Below, piece after piece: positions 24,901 through 37,537 of a stretch of 64,000 nt of DNA. The notes under the pieces are model-generated. The model had not been told where the DNA came from and ran no database searches. It worked only from the letters and a program-made list of their open reading frames with translations. Made by a program: the position numbers and the translations under genes. How positions within the stretch are numbered: position 1 is the first letter of the stretch; each line of letters opens with the position of its first letter. Source of the DNA: Eledone cirrhosa (taxonomy: Eukaryota); assembly GCA_964016885.1 (NCBI GenBank), contig OZ024741.1, forward strand, positions 249,922,001 through 249,986,000, written 5' to 3'.

Positions 24901-27446
24901 GATAATTTCCATCCTTCCAAGGGGAGATAATTTCCAGCCGTCCAAGGGGAGATAATTTCCCGCCAGCCAAGGAGAGATAATATTTAAAAAAATCAGGCGG
25001 AGATAATTTGTAAAAAAAATCAGGGGGAGATAATTTGTAAACAAAAATCAGGGGGAGATAATTTGTAAAAAAAATCAGGCGGAGATAATTTGTAAACAAA
25101 AATCAGGGGGAGATAATTTGTAAAAAAAAATCAGGGGGAGATAATTTGTAAAAAAAAATCAGGGGGAGATAATTTGTAAAAAAAAATCAAGGGGAGATAA
25201 TTTCCAGCCGTCCAAGGGGAGGTAATATCTAGCCATCCAAGGGGAGATAATTTCCAGCCGTCCAAGGGGAGATAATTTCCAGCCGTCCAAGGGGAGATAA
25301 TATCCAGCCGTCCAAGGAGACATATTTTCCAGCCGTCCAAGGAGAGGTAATTTCTAGCCGTCCAAGGGGAGATAAGTTCCTGCCTCCAAGGGGAGATAAT
25401 TTCCAGCCAGCCAAGGGGAGATAATTTGTAAAAAAATCAGGGGGAGATAATTTGTAAAAAAAAAATCAGGGGGAGATAATTTGTAAAAAAATCAGGGTGA
25501 GATAATTTGTAAAAAAAAAATCAGGGGGAGATAATTTGTAAAAAAAATCAGGGGGAGATAATTTGTAGAAAAAATCAGGGGTAGATAATTTGTAAAAAAA
25601 ATCAGGGGGAGATAATTTATAAAAAAAATCAGGGGGAGATAATTTGTAAAAAAAATCAGGGGTAGATAATTTTCAGCCGTCCAAGGGGAGATAATTTCCA
25701 TCCTTCCAAGGGGAGATAATTTCCAGCCGTCCAAGGGGAGATAATTTCCCGCCAGCCAAGGAGAGATAACATTTAAAAAAATCAGGCGGAGATAATTTGT
25801 AAAAAAAATCAGGGGGAGATAATTTGTAAAAAAATCAGGGGGAGATAATTTGTAAAAAAAATCAGGGGTAGATAATTTCCAGCCGTCCAAGGGGAGATAA
25901 TTTCCATCCTTCCAAGGGGAGATAATTTCCAGCCGTCCAAGGGGAGGTAATATCTAGCCATCCAAGGGGAGATAATTTCCAGCCGTCCAAGGGGAGATAA
26001 TTTCCAGCCGTCCAAGGGGAGATAATATCCAGCCGTCCAAGGAGACATATTTTCCAGCCGTCCAAGGAGACGTAATTTCTAGCCGTCCAAGGGGAGATAA
26101 GTTCCAGCCTCCAAGGGGAGATAATTTCCAGCCAGCCAAGGGGAGATAATTTGTAAAAAAATTAGGGGGAGATAATTTGTAAATAAAAATTAGGGGGAGA
26201 TAATTTGTAAAAAAAAATCAGGGGGAGATAATTTGTAAAAAAAATCAAGGGGAGATAATTTCCAGCCGTCCAAGGGGAGATAATTTTCAGCCGTCCAAGG
26301 AGAGGTAAATTCTAGCCGTCCAAGGAGATATAATTTCCAGCCGTCCAAGGGGAGATAATTTCCAGCCGTCCAAGGGGAGATAATTTAAAAAAAAAAATCA
26401 GGCGGAGATAATTTGTAAACAAAAATCAGGGGGAGATAATTTTTAAAAAAAAATCAGGGGGAGATAATTTGTAAAAAAAAATCAGGGGGAGATAATTTGT
26501 AAAAAAATTCAAGGGGAGATAATTTCCAGCCGTCCAAGGGGAGGTAATATCTAGCCATCCAAGGGGAGATAATTTCCAGCCGTCCAAGGGGAGATAATTT
26601 CCAGCCGTCCAAGGGGAGATAATATCCAGCCGTCCAAGGAGACATATTTTCCAGCCGTCCAAGGAGAGGTAATTTCTAGCCGTCCAAGGGGAGATAAGTT
26701 CCAGCCTCCAAGGGGAGATAATTTCCAGCTAGCCAAGGGGAGATAATTTGTAAAAAAATCAGGGGGGAGATAATTTGTAAAAAAAATCAGGGGGAGATAA
26801 TTTGAAAAAAATATCAAGGGGAGATAATTTCCAGCCCTCCAAGGGGCTATAATTTCCAGCCGTGCAAGGGGAGATAATTTCCAGCCGTCCAAGGGGAGAT
26901 AATTTCCATCCTTCCAAGGGGAGATAATTTCCAGCCGTCCAAGGGGAGATAATTTCCCGCCAGCCAAGGGAAGATAATTTTTTAAAAAATCAGGCGGAGA
27001 TTGTAAAAAAAATCAGGGGGAGATAATTTGTAAAAAAATCAGGGGGAGATAATTTGTAAAAAAAAAATCAGGGGGAGATAATTTGTAAAAAAAAATCAGG
27101 GGGAGCTAATTTGTAAAAAAAATCAGGGGGAGATAATTTGTAAAAAAAAATCAGGGGGAGATAATTTGTAAAAAAAAAATCAGGGGGAGATAATTTGTAA
27201 AAAAATCAAGGGGAGATAATTTCCAGCCGTCCAAGGGGAGATAATTTTCAGCCGTCCAAGGAGGTAATTTCTAGCCGTCCAAGGGGAGATAATTTCCAGC
27301 CGTCCAAGGGGAGATAATTTTTTTAAAAAAATCAGGCGGAGATAATTTGTAAACAAAAATCAGGGGGAGATAATTTGTAAAAAAAAATCAGGGGGAGATA
27401 ATTTGTAAAAAAAAATCAGGGGTAGATAATTTGTAAAAAAAATCAA

Positions 27447-29959
27447 GGGGAGATAATTTCCAGCCGTCCAAGGGGAGGTAATATCTAGCCATCCAAGGGG
27501 AGATAATTTCCAGCCGTCCAAGGGGAGATAATTTCCAGCCGTCCAAGGGGAGATAATATCCAGCCGTCCAAGGAGACATATTTTCCAGCCGTCCAAGGAG
27601 AGGTAATTTCTAGCCGTCCAAGGGGAGATAAGTTCCAGCCTCCAAGGGGAGATAATTTCCAGCCAGCCAAGGGGAGATAATTTGTAAAAAAATCAGGGGG
27701 AGATAATTTGTAAAAAAAATCAGGGGGAGATAATTTGTAAAAAAATCAGGGGGAGATAATTTCTAAAAAAAAAATCAGGGGGAGATAATTTGTAAAAAAA
27801 ATCAGGGGGAGATAATTTGTAGAAAAAATCAGGGGTAGATAATTTGTAAAAAAAATCAGGGGGAGATAATTTGTAAAAAAAATCAGGGGGAGATAATTTG
27901 TAAAAAAAATCAGGGGTAGATAATTTTCAGCCGTCCAAGGGGAGATAATTTCCATCCTTCCAAGGGGAGATAATTTCCAGCCGTCCAAGGGGAGATAATT
28001 TCCCGCCAGCCAAGGAGAGATAACATTTAAAAAAATCAGGCGGAGATAATTTGTAAAAAAAATCAGGGGGAGATAATTTATAAAAAAATCAGGGGGAGAT
28101 AATTTGTAAAAAAAATCAGGGGTAGATAATTTCCAGCCGTCCAAGGGGAGATAATTTCCATCCTTCCAAGGGGAGATAATTTCCAGCCGTCCAAGGGGAG
28201 ATAATTTCCCGCCAGCCAAGGAGAGATAATATTTAAAAAAATCAGGCGGAGATAATTTGTAAAAAAAATCAGGGGGAGATAATTTGTAAAAAAATCAGGG
28301 GGAGATAATTTGTAAAAAAAAATCAGGGGGAGATAATTTGTAAAAAAAATCAGGGGGAGATAATTTGTAAAAAAAATCAGGGGTAGATAATTTGTAAAAA
28401 AAAATCAGGGGGAGATAATTTGTAAAAAAAAAATCAGGGGGAGATAATTTGTAAAAAAATCAAGGGGAGATAATTTCCAGCCGTCCAAGGGGAGATAATT
28501 TTCAGCCGTCCAAGGAGAGGTAATTTCTAGCCGTCCAAGGGGAGATAATTTCCAGCCGTCCAAGGGGAGATAATTTTTTTAAAAAAATCAGGCGGAGATA
28601 ATTTGTAAACAAAAATCAGGGGGAGATAGTTTGTAAAAAAAAATCAGGGGGAGATAATTTGTTAAAAAAAATCAGGGGGAGATAATTTGTAAAAAAAATC
28701 AAGGGGAGATAATTTCCAGCCGTCCAAGGGGAGGTAATATCTAGCCATCCAAGGGGAGATAATTTCCAGCCGTCCAAGGGGAGATAATTTCCAGCCGTCC
28801 AAGGGGAGATAATATCCAGCCGTCCAAGGAGACATATTTTCCAGCCGTCCAAGGAGAGGTAATTTCTAGCCGTCCAAGGGGAGATAAGTTCCTGCCTCCA
28901 AGGGGAGATAATTTCCAGCCAGCCAAGGGGAGATAATTTGTAAAAAAATCAGGGGGAGATAATTTGTAAAAAAAAAATCAGGGGGAGATAATTTGTAAAA
29001 AAATCAGGGGGAGATAATTTGTAAAAAAAAAATCAGGGGGAGATAATTTGTAAAAAAAATCAGGGGGAGATAATTTGTAGAAAAAATCAGGGGTAGATAA
29101 TTTGTAAAAAAAATCAGGGGGAGATAATTTGTAAAAAAAATCAGGGGGAGATAATTTGTAAAAAAAATCAGGGGTAGATAATTTTCAGCCGTCCAAGGGG
29201 AGATAATTTCCATCCTTCCAAGGGGAGATAATTTCCAGCCGTCCAAGGGGAGATAATTTCCCGCCAGCCAAGGAGAGATAACATTTAAAAAAATCAGGCG
29301 GAGATAATTTGTAAATAAAATCAGGGGGAGATAATTTGTAAAAAAATCAGGGGGAGATAATTTGTAAAAAAAATCAGGGGTAGATAATTTCCAGCCGTCC
29401 AAGGGGAGATAATTTCCATCCTTCCAAGGGGAGATAATTTCCAGCCGTCCAAGGGGAGATAATTTCCCGCCAGCCAAGGAGAGATAATATTTAAAAAAAT
29501 CAGGCGGAGATAATTTGTAAAAAAAATCAGGGGGAGATAATTTGTAAAAAAATCAGGGGGAGATAATTTGTAAAAAAAAATCAGGGGTAGGTAATTTGTA
29601 AAAAAAATCAGGGGGAGATAATTTGTAAAAAAAATCAGGGGTAGATAATTTGTAAAAAAAAATCAGGGGGAGATAATTTGTAAAAAAAAAATCAGGGGGA
29701 GATAATTTGTAAAAAAATCAAGGTGAGATAATTTCCAGCCGTCCAAGGGGAGATAATTTTCAGCCTTCCAAGGAGAGGTAATTTCTAGCCGTCCAAGGGG
29801 AGATAATTTCCAGCCGTCCAAGGGGAGATAATTTTTTAAAAAAATCAGGCGGAGATAATTTGTAAACAAAAATCAGGGGGAGATAATTTGTAAAAAAAAA
29901 TCAGGGGGAGATAATTTGTAAAAAAAAATCAGGGGGAGATAATTTGTAAAAAAAATCAA
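27447..29959 (+). repeat. Two adjacent canonical higher-order units (1,256 and 1,257 bp)
   Basis: R-block starts at 27447, 28703 and 29960. Matching pseudo-ORFs at 27746 and 29004. Confidence 0.88.
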
Positions 29960-31649
29960 GGGGAGATAATTTCCAGCCGTCCAAGGGGAGGTAATATCTA
30001 GCCATCCAAGGGGAGATAATTTCCAGCCGTCCAAGGGGAGATAATTTCCAGCCGTCCAAGGGGAGATAATATCCAGCCGTCCAAGGAGACATATTTTCCA
30101 GCCGTCCAAGGATAGGTAATTTCTAGCCGTCCAAGGGGAGATAAGTTCCAGCCTCCAAGGGGAGATAATTTCCAGCCAGCCAAGGGGAGATAATTTGTAA
30201 AAAAATCAGGGGGAGATAATTTGTAAAAAAAAAATCAGGGGGAGATAATTTGTAAAAAAATCAGGGGGAGATAATTTGTAAAAAAAAAATCAGGGGGAGA
30301 TAATTTGTAAAAAAAATCAGGGGGAGATAATTTGTAAAAAAAATCAGGGGTAGATAATTTGTAAAAAAAATCAGGGGGAGATAATTTGTAAAAAAAATCA
30401 GGAGATAATTTGTAAAAAAAATCAGGGGTAGATAATTTTCAGCCGTCCAAGGGGAGATAATTTCCATCCTTCCAAGGGGAGATAATTTCCAGCCGTCCAA
30501 GGGGAGATAATTTCCCGCCAGCCAAGGAGAGATAACATTTAAAAAAATCAGGCGGAGATAATTTGTAAAAAAATCAGGGGGAGATAATTTGTAAAAAAAA
30601 ATCAGGGGGAGATAATTTGTAAAAAAAAATCAGGGGGTGATAATTTGTAAAAAAAAATCAGGGGGAGATAATTTGTAAAATAATCAAGGGGAGATAATTT
30701 CCAGCCGTCCAAGGGGAGATAATTTTCAGCCGTCCAAGGAGAGGTAATTTCTAGCCGTCCAAGGGGAGATAATTTCCAGCCGTCCAAGGGGAGATAATTT
30801 TTAAAAAAAAATCAGGCGGAGATAATTTGTAAACAAAAATCAGGGGGAGATAATTTGTAAAAAAAAATCAGGGGGAGATAATTTGTAAAAAAAATCAAGG
30901 GGAGATAATTTCCAGCCGTCCAAGGGGAGGTAATATCTAGCCATCCAAGGGGAGATAATTTCCAGCCGTCCAAGGGGAGATAATTTCCAGCCGTCCAAGG
31001 GGAGATAATATCCAGCCGTCCAAGGAGACATATTTTCCAGCCGTCCAAGGAGACGTAATTTCTAGCCGTCCAAGGGGAGATAAGTTCCAGCCTCCAAGGG
31101 GAGATAATTTCCAGCCAGCCAAGGGGAGATAATTTGTAAAAAAATTAGGGGGAGATAATTTGTAAAAAAAAATCAGGGGGAGATAATTTGTAAAAAAAAA
31201 TCAGGGGGAGATAATTTGTAAAAAATATCAAGGGGAGATAATTTCCAGCCCTCCAAGGGGCTATAATTTCCAGCCGTGCAAGGGGAGATAATTTCCAGCC
31301 GTCCAAGGGGAGATAATTTCCATCCTTCCAAGGGGAGATAATTTCCAGCCGTCCAAGGGGAGATAATTTCCCGCCAGCCAAGGGAAGATAATTTTTTAAA
31401 AAATCAGGCGGAGATTGTAAAAAAAATCAGGGGGAGATAATTTGTAAAAAAATCAGGGGGAGATAATTTGTAAAAAAAAAATCAGGGGGAGATAATTTGT
31501 AAAAAAAAATCAGGGGGAGATAATTTGTAAAAAAAATCAGGGGGAGATAATTTGTAAAAAAAATCAGGGGTAGATAATTTGTAAAAAAAATCAGGGGGAG
31601 ATAATTTGTAAAAAAAATCAGGGGGAGATAATTTGTAAAAAAAATCAGG

Positions 31650-34600
31650 GGTAGATAATTTTCAGCCGTCCAAGGGGAGATAATTTCCATCCTTCCAAGG
31701 GGAGATAATTTCCAGCCGTCCAAGGGGAGATAATTTCCCGCCAGCCAAGGAGAGATAATATTTAAAAAAATCAGGCGGAGATAATTTGTAAAAAAAATCA
31801 GGGGGAGATAATTTGTAAAAAAATCAGGGGGAGATAATTTGTAAAAAAAAATCAGGGGGAGATAATTTGTAAAAAAAAATCAGGGGGAGATAATTTGTAA
31901 AAAAAAATCAGGGGTAGATAATTTGTAAAAAAAAATCAGGGTGAGATAATTTGTAAAAGAAAAATCAGGGGGAGATAATTTGTAAAAAAATCAAGGGGAG
32001 ATAATTTCCAGCCGTCCAAGGGGAGATAATTTTCAGCCGTCCAAGGAGAGGTAATTTCTAGCCGTCCAAGGGGAGATAATTTCCAGCCGTCCAAGGGGAG
32101 ATAATTTTTTTTAAAAAATCAGGCGGAGATAATTTGTAAACAAAAATCAGGGGGAGATAATTTGTAAAAAAAAATCAGGGGGAGATAATTTGTAAAAAAA
32201 AATCAGGGGGAGATAATTTGTAAAAAAAATCAAGGGGAGATAATTTGTCAAAAAAAATCAGGGGTAGATAATTTGTAAAAAAAAATCAGGGGGAGATAAT
32301 TTGTAAAAAAAAAATCAGGGGGAGATAATTTGTAAAAAAATCAAGGGGAGATAATTTCCAGCCGTCCAAGGGGAGATAATTTTCAGCCGTCCAAGGAGAG
32401 GTAATTTCTAGCCGTCCAAGGGGAGATAATTTCCAGCCAGCCAAGGGGAGATAATTTGTAAAAAAATCAGGGGTAGATAATTTGTAAAAAAAAATCAGGG
32501 GGAGATAATTTGTAAAAAAAATCAGGGGGAGATAATTTGTAAAAAAAATCAGGGGTAGATAATTTCCAGCCGTCCAAGGGGAGATAATTTCCATCCTTCC
32601 AAGGGGAGATAATTTCCAGCCGTCCAAGGGGAGATAATTTCCCGCCAGCCAAGGAGAGATAACATTTGAAAAAATCAGGCGGAGATAATTTGTAAAAAAA
32701 ATCAGGGGGAGATAATTTGTAAAAAAATCAGGGGGAGATAATTTGTAAAAAAAATCAGGGGTAGATAATTTCCAGCCGTCCAAGGGGAGATAATTTCCAT
32801 CCTTCCAAGGGGAGATAATTTCCAGCCGTCCAAGGGGAGATAATTTCCCGCCAGCCAAGGAGAGATAATATTTAAAAAAATCAGGCGGAGATAATTTGTA
32901 AAAAAAATCAGGGGGAGATAATTTGTAAAAAAATCAGGGGGAGATAATTTGTGAAAAAAAATCAGGGGAGATAATTTGTAAAAAAAATCAGGGGGAGATA
33001 ATTTGTAAAAAAAAATCAGGGGTAGATAATTTGTAAAAAAAAATCAGGGGGAGATAATTTGTAAAAAAAAAATCAGGGGGAGATAATTTGTAAAAAAATC
33101 AAGGGCAGATAATTTCCAGCCGTCCAAGGGGAGATAATTTTCAGCCGTCCAAGGAGGTAATTTCTAGCCGTCCAAGGGGAGATAATTTCCAGCCGTCCAA
33201 GGGGAGATAATTTTTTTAAAAAAATCAGGCGGAGATAATTTGTAAACAAAAATCAGGGGGAGATAATTTGTAAAAAAAAATCAGGGGGAGATAATTTGTA
33301 AAAAAAAATCAGGGGGAGATAATTTGTAAAAAAAAATCAAGGGGAGATAATTTCCAGCCGTCCAAGGGGAGGTAATATCTAGCCATCCAAGGGGAGATAA
33401 TTTCCAGCCGTCCAAGGGGAGATAATTTCCAGCCGTCCAAGGGGAGATAATATCCAGCCGTCCAAGGAGACATATTTTCCAGCCGTCCAAGGAGAGGTAA
33501 TTTCTAGCCGTCCAAGGGGAGATAAGTTCCAGCCTCCAAGGGGAGATAATTTCCAGCCAGCCAAGGGGAGATAATTTGTAAAAAAATCAGGGGGAGATAA
33601 TTTGTAAAAAAAAAATCAGGGGCAGATAATTTGTAAAAAAATCAGGGGGAGATAATTTGTAAAAAAAATCAGGGGGAGATAATTTGTAGAAAAAATCAGG
33701 GGTAGATAATTTTCAGCCGTCCAAGGGGAGATAATTTCCATCCTTCCAAGGGGAGATAATTTCCAGCCGTCCAAGGGGAGATAATTTCCCGCCAGCCAAG
33801 GAGAGATAACATTTAAAAAAATCAGGCGGAGATAATTTGTAAAAAAAATCAGGGGGAGATAATTTGTAAAAAAATCAGGGGGAGATAATTTGTAAAAAAA
33901 ATCAGGGGTAGATAATTTCCAGCCGTCCAAGGGGAGATAATTTCCATCCTTCCAAGGGGAGATAATTTCCAGCCGTCCAAGGGGAGATAATTTCCCGCCA
34001 GCCAAGGAGAGATAATATTTAAAAAAATCAGGCGGAGATAATTTGTAAAAAAAATCAGGTGGAGATAATTTGTAAAAAAATCAGGGGGAGATAATTTGTA
34101 AAAAAAAATCAGGGGGAGATAATTTGTAAAAAAAATCAGGGGGAGATAATTTGTAAAAAAAATCAGGGGTAGATAATTTGTAAAAAAAAATCAGGGGGAG
34201 ATAATTTGTAAAAAAAAATCAGGGGGAGATAATTTGTAAAAAAATCAAGGGGAGATAATTTCCAGCCGTCCAAGGGGAGATAATTTTCAGCCGTCCAAGG
34301 AGAGGTAATTTCTAGCCGTCCAAGGGGAGATAATTTCCAGCCGTCCAAGGGGAGATAATTTTTTTAAAAAAATCAGGCGGAGATAATTTGTAAACAAAAA
34401 TCAGGGGGAGATAATTTGTAAAAAAAAATCAGGGGGAGATAATTTGTAAAAAAAAATCAGGGGGAGATAATTTGTAAAAAAAATCAAGGGGAGATAATTT
34501 CCAGCCGTCCAAGGGGAGGTAATATCTAGCCATCCAAGGGGAGATAATTTCCAGCCGTCCAAGGGGAGATATTTTCCAGCCGTCCAAGGAGAGGTAATTT

Positions 34601-37537
34601 CTAGCCGTCCAAGGGGAGATAAGTTCCTGCCTCCAAGGGGAGATAATTTCCAGCCAGCCAAGGGGAGATAATTTGTAAAAAAATCAGGGTGAGATAATTT
34701 GTAAAAAAAAAATCAGGGGGAGATAATTTGTAAAAAAATCAGGGGGAGATAATTTGTAAAAAAAAAATCAGGGGGAGATAATTTGTAAAAAAAATCAGGG
34801 GGAGATAATTTGTAAAAAAAATCAGGGGTAGATAATTTGTAAAAAAAATCAGGGGGAGATAATTTGTAAAAAAAATCAGGGGGAGATAATTTGTAAAAAA
34901 AATCAGGGGTAGATAATTTTCAGCCCTCCAAGGGGAGATAATTTCCATCCTTCCAAGGGGAGATAATTTCCAGCCGTCCAAGGGGAGATAATTTCCCGCC
35001 AGCCAAGGAGAGATAACATTTAAAAAAATCAGGCGGAGATAATTTGTAAAAAAAATCAGGGGGAGATAATTTGTAAAAAAATTAGGGGGAGATAATTTGT
35101 AAAAAAAATCAGGGGTAGATAATTTCCAGCCGTCCAAGGGGAGATAATTTCCATCCTTCCAAGGGGAGATAATTTCCAGCCGTCCAAGGGGAGATAATTT
35201 CCCGCCAGCCAAGGAGAGATAATATTTAAAAAAATCAGGCGGAGATAATTTGTAAAAAAAATCAGGGGGAGATAATTTGTAAAAAAATCAGGGGGAGATA
35301 ATTTGTAAAAAAAAATCAGGGGGAGATAATTTGTAAAAAAAATCAGGGGGAGATAATTTGTAAAAAAAAATCAGGGGTAGATAATTTGTAAAAAAAAATC
35401 AGGTGGAGATAATTTGTAAAAAAAAATCAGGGGGAGATAATTTGTAAAAAAATCAAGGGGAGATAATTTCCAGCCGTCCAAGGGGAGATAATTTTCAGCC
35501 GTCCAAGGAGAGGTAATTTCTAGCCGTCCAAGGGGAGATAATTTCCAGCCGTCCAAGGGGAGATAATTTTTTTTTAAAAATCAGGCGGAGATAATTTGTA
35601 AACAAAAATCAGGGGGAGATAATTTGTAAAAAAAAATCAGGGGGAGATAAATTGTAAAAAAAAATCAGGGGGAGATAATTTGTAAAAAAAATCAAGGGGA
35701 GATAATTTCCAGCCGTCCAAGGGGAGGTAATATCTAGCCATCCAAGGGGAGATAATTTCTAGCCGTCCAAGGGGAGATAATTTCCAGCCGTCCAAGGGGA
35801 GATAATATCCAGCCGTCCAAGGAGACATATTTTCCAGCCGTCCAAGGAGACGTAATTTCTAGCCGTCCAAGGGGAGATAAGTTCCAGCCTCCAAGGGGAG
35901 ATAATTTCCAGCCAGCCAAGGGGAGATAATTTGTAAAAAAATTAGGGGGAGATAATTTGTAAAAAAAAATTAGGGGGAGATAATTTGTAAAAAAAAATCA
36001 GGGGGAGATAATTTGTAAAAAAAAATCAGGGGGAGATAATTTGTAAAAAAAAATCAGGGGGAGATAATTTGTAAAAAAAAAATCAGGCGGAGATAATTTG
36101 TAAAAAAATCAAGGGGAGATAATTTCCAGCCGTCCAAGGGGAGATAATTTTCAGCCGTCCAAGGAGAGGTAATTTCTAGCCGTCCAAGGGGAGATAATTT
36201 CCAGCCGTCCAAGGGGAGATAATTTTTTTAAAAAAATCAGGCGGAGATAATTTGTAAACAAAAATCAGGGGGAGATAATTTGTAAAAAAAATCAGGGGGA
36301 GATAATTTGTAAAAAAAATCAGGGGGAGATAATTTGTAAAAAAAATCAAGGGGAGATAATTTGTAAAAAAAAATCAGGGGTAGATAATTTGTAAAAAAAA
36401 ATCAGGGGGAGATAATTTGTAAAAAAAAAATCAGGGGGAGATAATTTGTAAAAAAATCAAGGGGAGATAATTTCCAGCCGTCCAAGGGGAGATAATTTTA
36501 AGCCGTCCAAGGAGAGGTAATTTCTAGCCGTCCAAGGGGAGATAATCTCCAGCCAGCCAAGGGGAGATAATTTGTAAAAAAATCAGGGGTAGATAATTTG
36601 TAAAAAAAAATCAGGGGGAGATAATTTGTAAAAAAAATCAGGGGGAGATAATTTGTAAAAAAAATCAGGGGTAGATAATTTCCAGCCGTCCAAGGGGAGA
36701 TAATTTCCATCCTTCCAAGGGGAGATAATTTCCAGCCGTCCAAGGGGAGATAATTTCCCGCCAGCCAAGGAGAGATAACATTTAAAAAAATCAGGCGGAG
36801 ATAATTTGTAAAAAAAATCAGGGGGAGATAATTTGTAAAAAAATCAGGGGGAGATAATTTGTAAAAAAAATCAGGGGTAGATAATTTCCAGCCGTCCAAG
36901 GGGAGATAATTTCCATCCTTCCAAGGGGAGATAATTTCCAGCCGTCCAAGGGGAGATAATTTCCCGCCAGCCAAGGAGAGATAATATTTAAAAAAATCAG
37001 GCGGAGATAATTTGAAAAAAAAATCAGGGGGAGATAATTTGTAAAAAAATCAGGGGGAGATAATTTGTAAAAAAAAATCAGGGGAGATAATTTGTAAAAA
37101 AAATCAGGGGGTGATAATTTGTAAAAAAAATCAGGGGTAGATAATTTGTAAAAAAAAATCAGGGGGAGATAATTTGTAAAAAAAAAATCAGGGGGAGATA
37201 ATTTGTAAAAAAATCAAGGGGAGATAATTTCCAACCGTCCAAGGGGAGATAATTTTCAGCCGTCCAAGGAGGTAATTTCTAGCCGTCCAAGGGGAGATAA
37301 TTTCCAGCCGTCCAAGGGGAGATAATTTTTTTAAAAAAATCAGGCGGAGATAATTTGTAAACAAAAATCAGGGGGAGATAATTTGTAAAAAAAAATCAGG
37401 GGGAGATAATTTGTAAAAAAAATCAAGGGGAGATAATTTCCAGCCGTCCAAGGGGAGGTAATATCTAGCCATCCAAAGGGAGATAATTTCCAGCCGTCCA
37501 AGGGGAGATAATTTCCAGCCGTCCAAGGGGAGATAAT
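31650..37537 (+). repeat. Near-identical copy of ~2,890-8,777 (offset 28,760 bp)
   Basis: Constant offset for ORFs 3526/32286, 4521/33281, 5979/34739, 7738/36498 and 8580/37340. Shared markers CATTTGAAAA, AAGGGCAGAT, TTTTAAGCC and AATCTCC. Confidence 0.93.
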
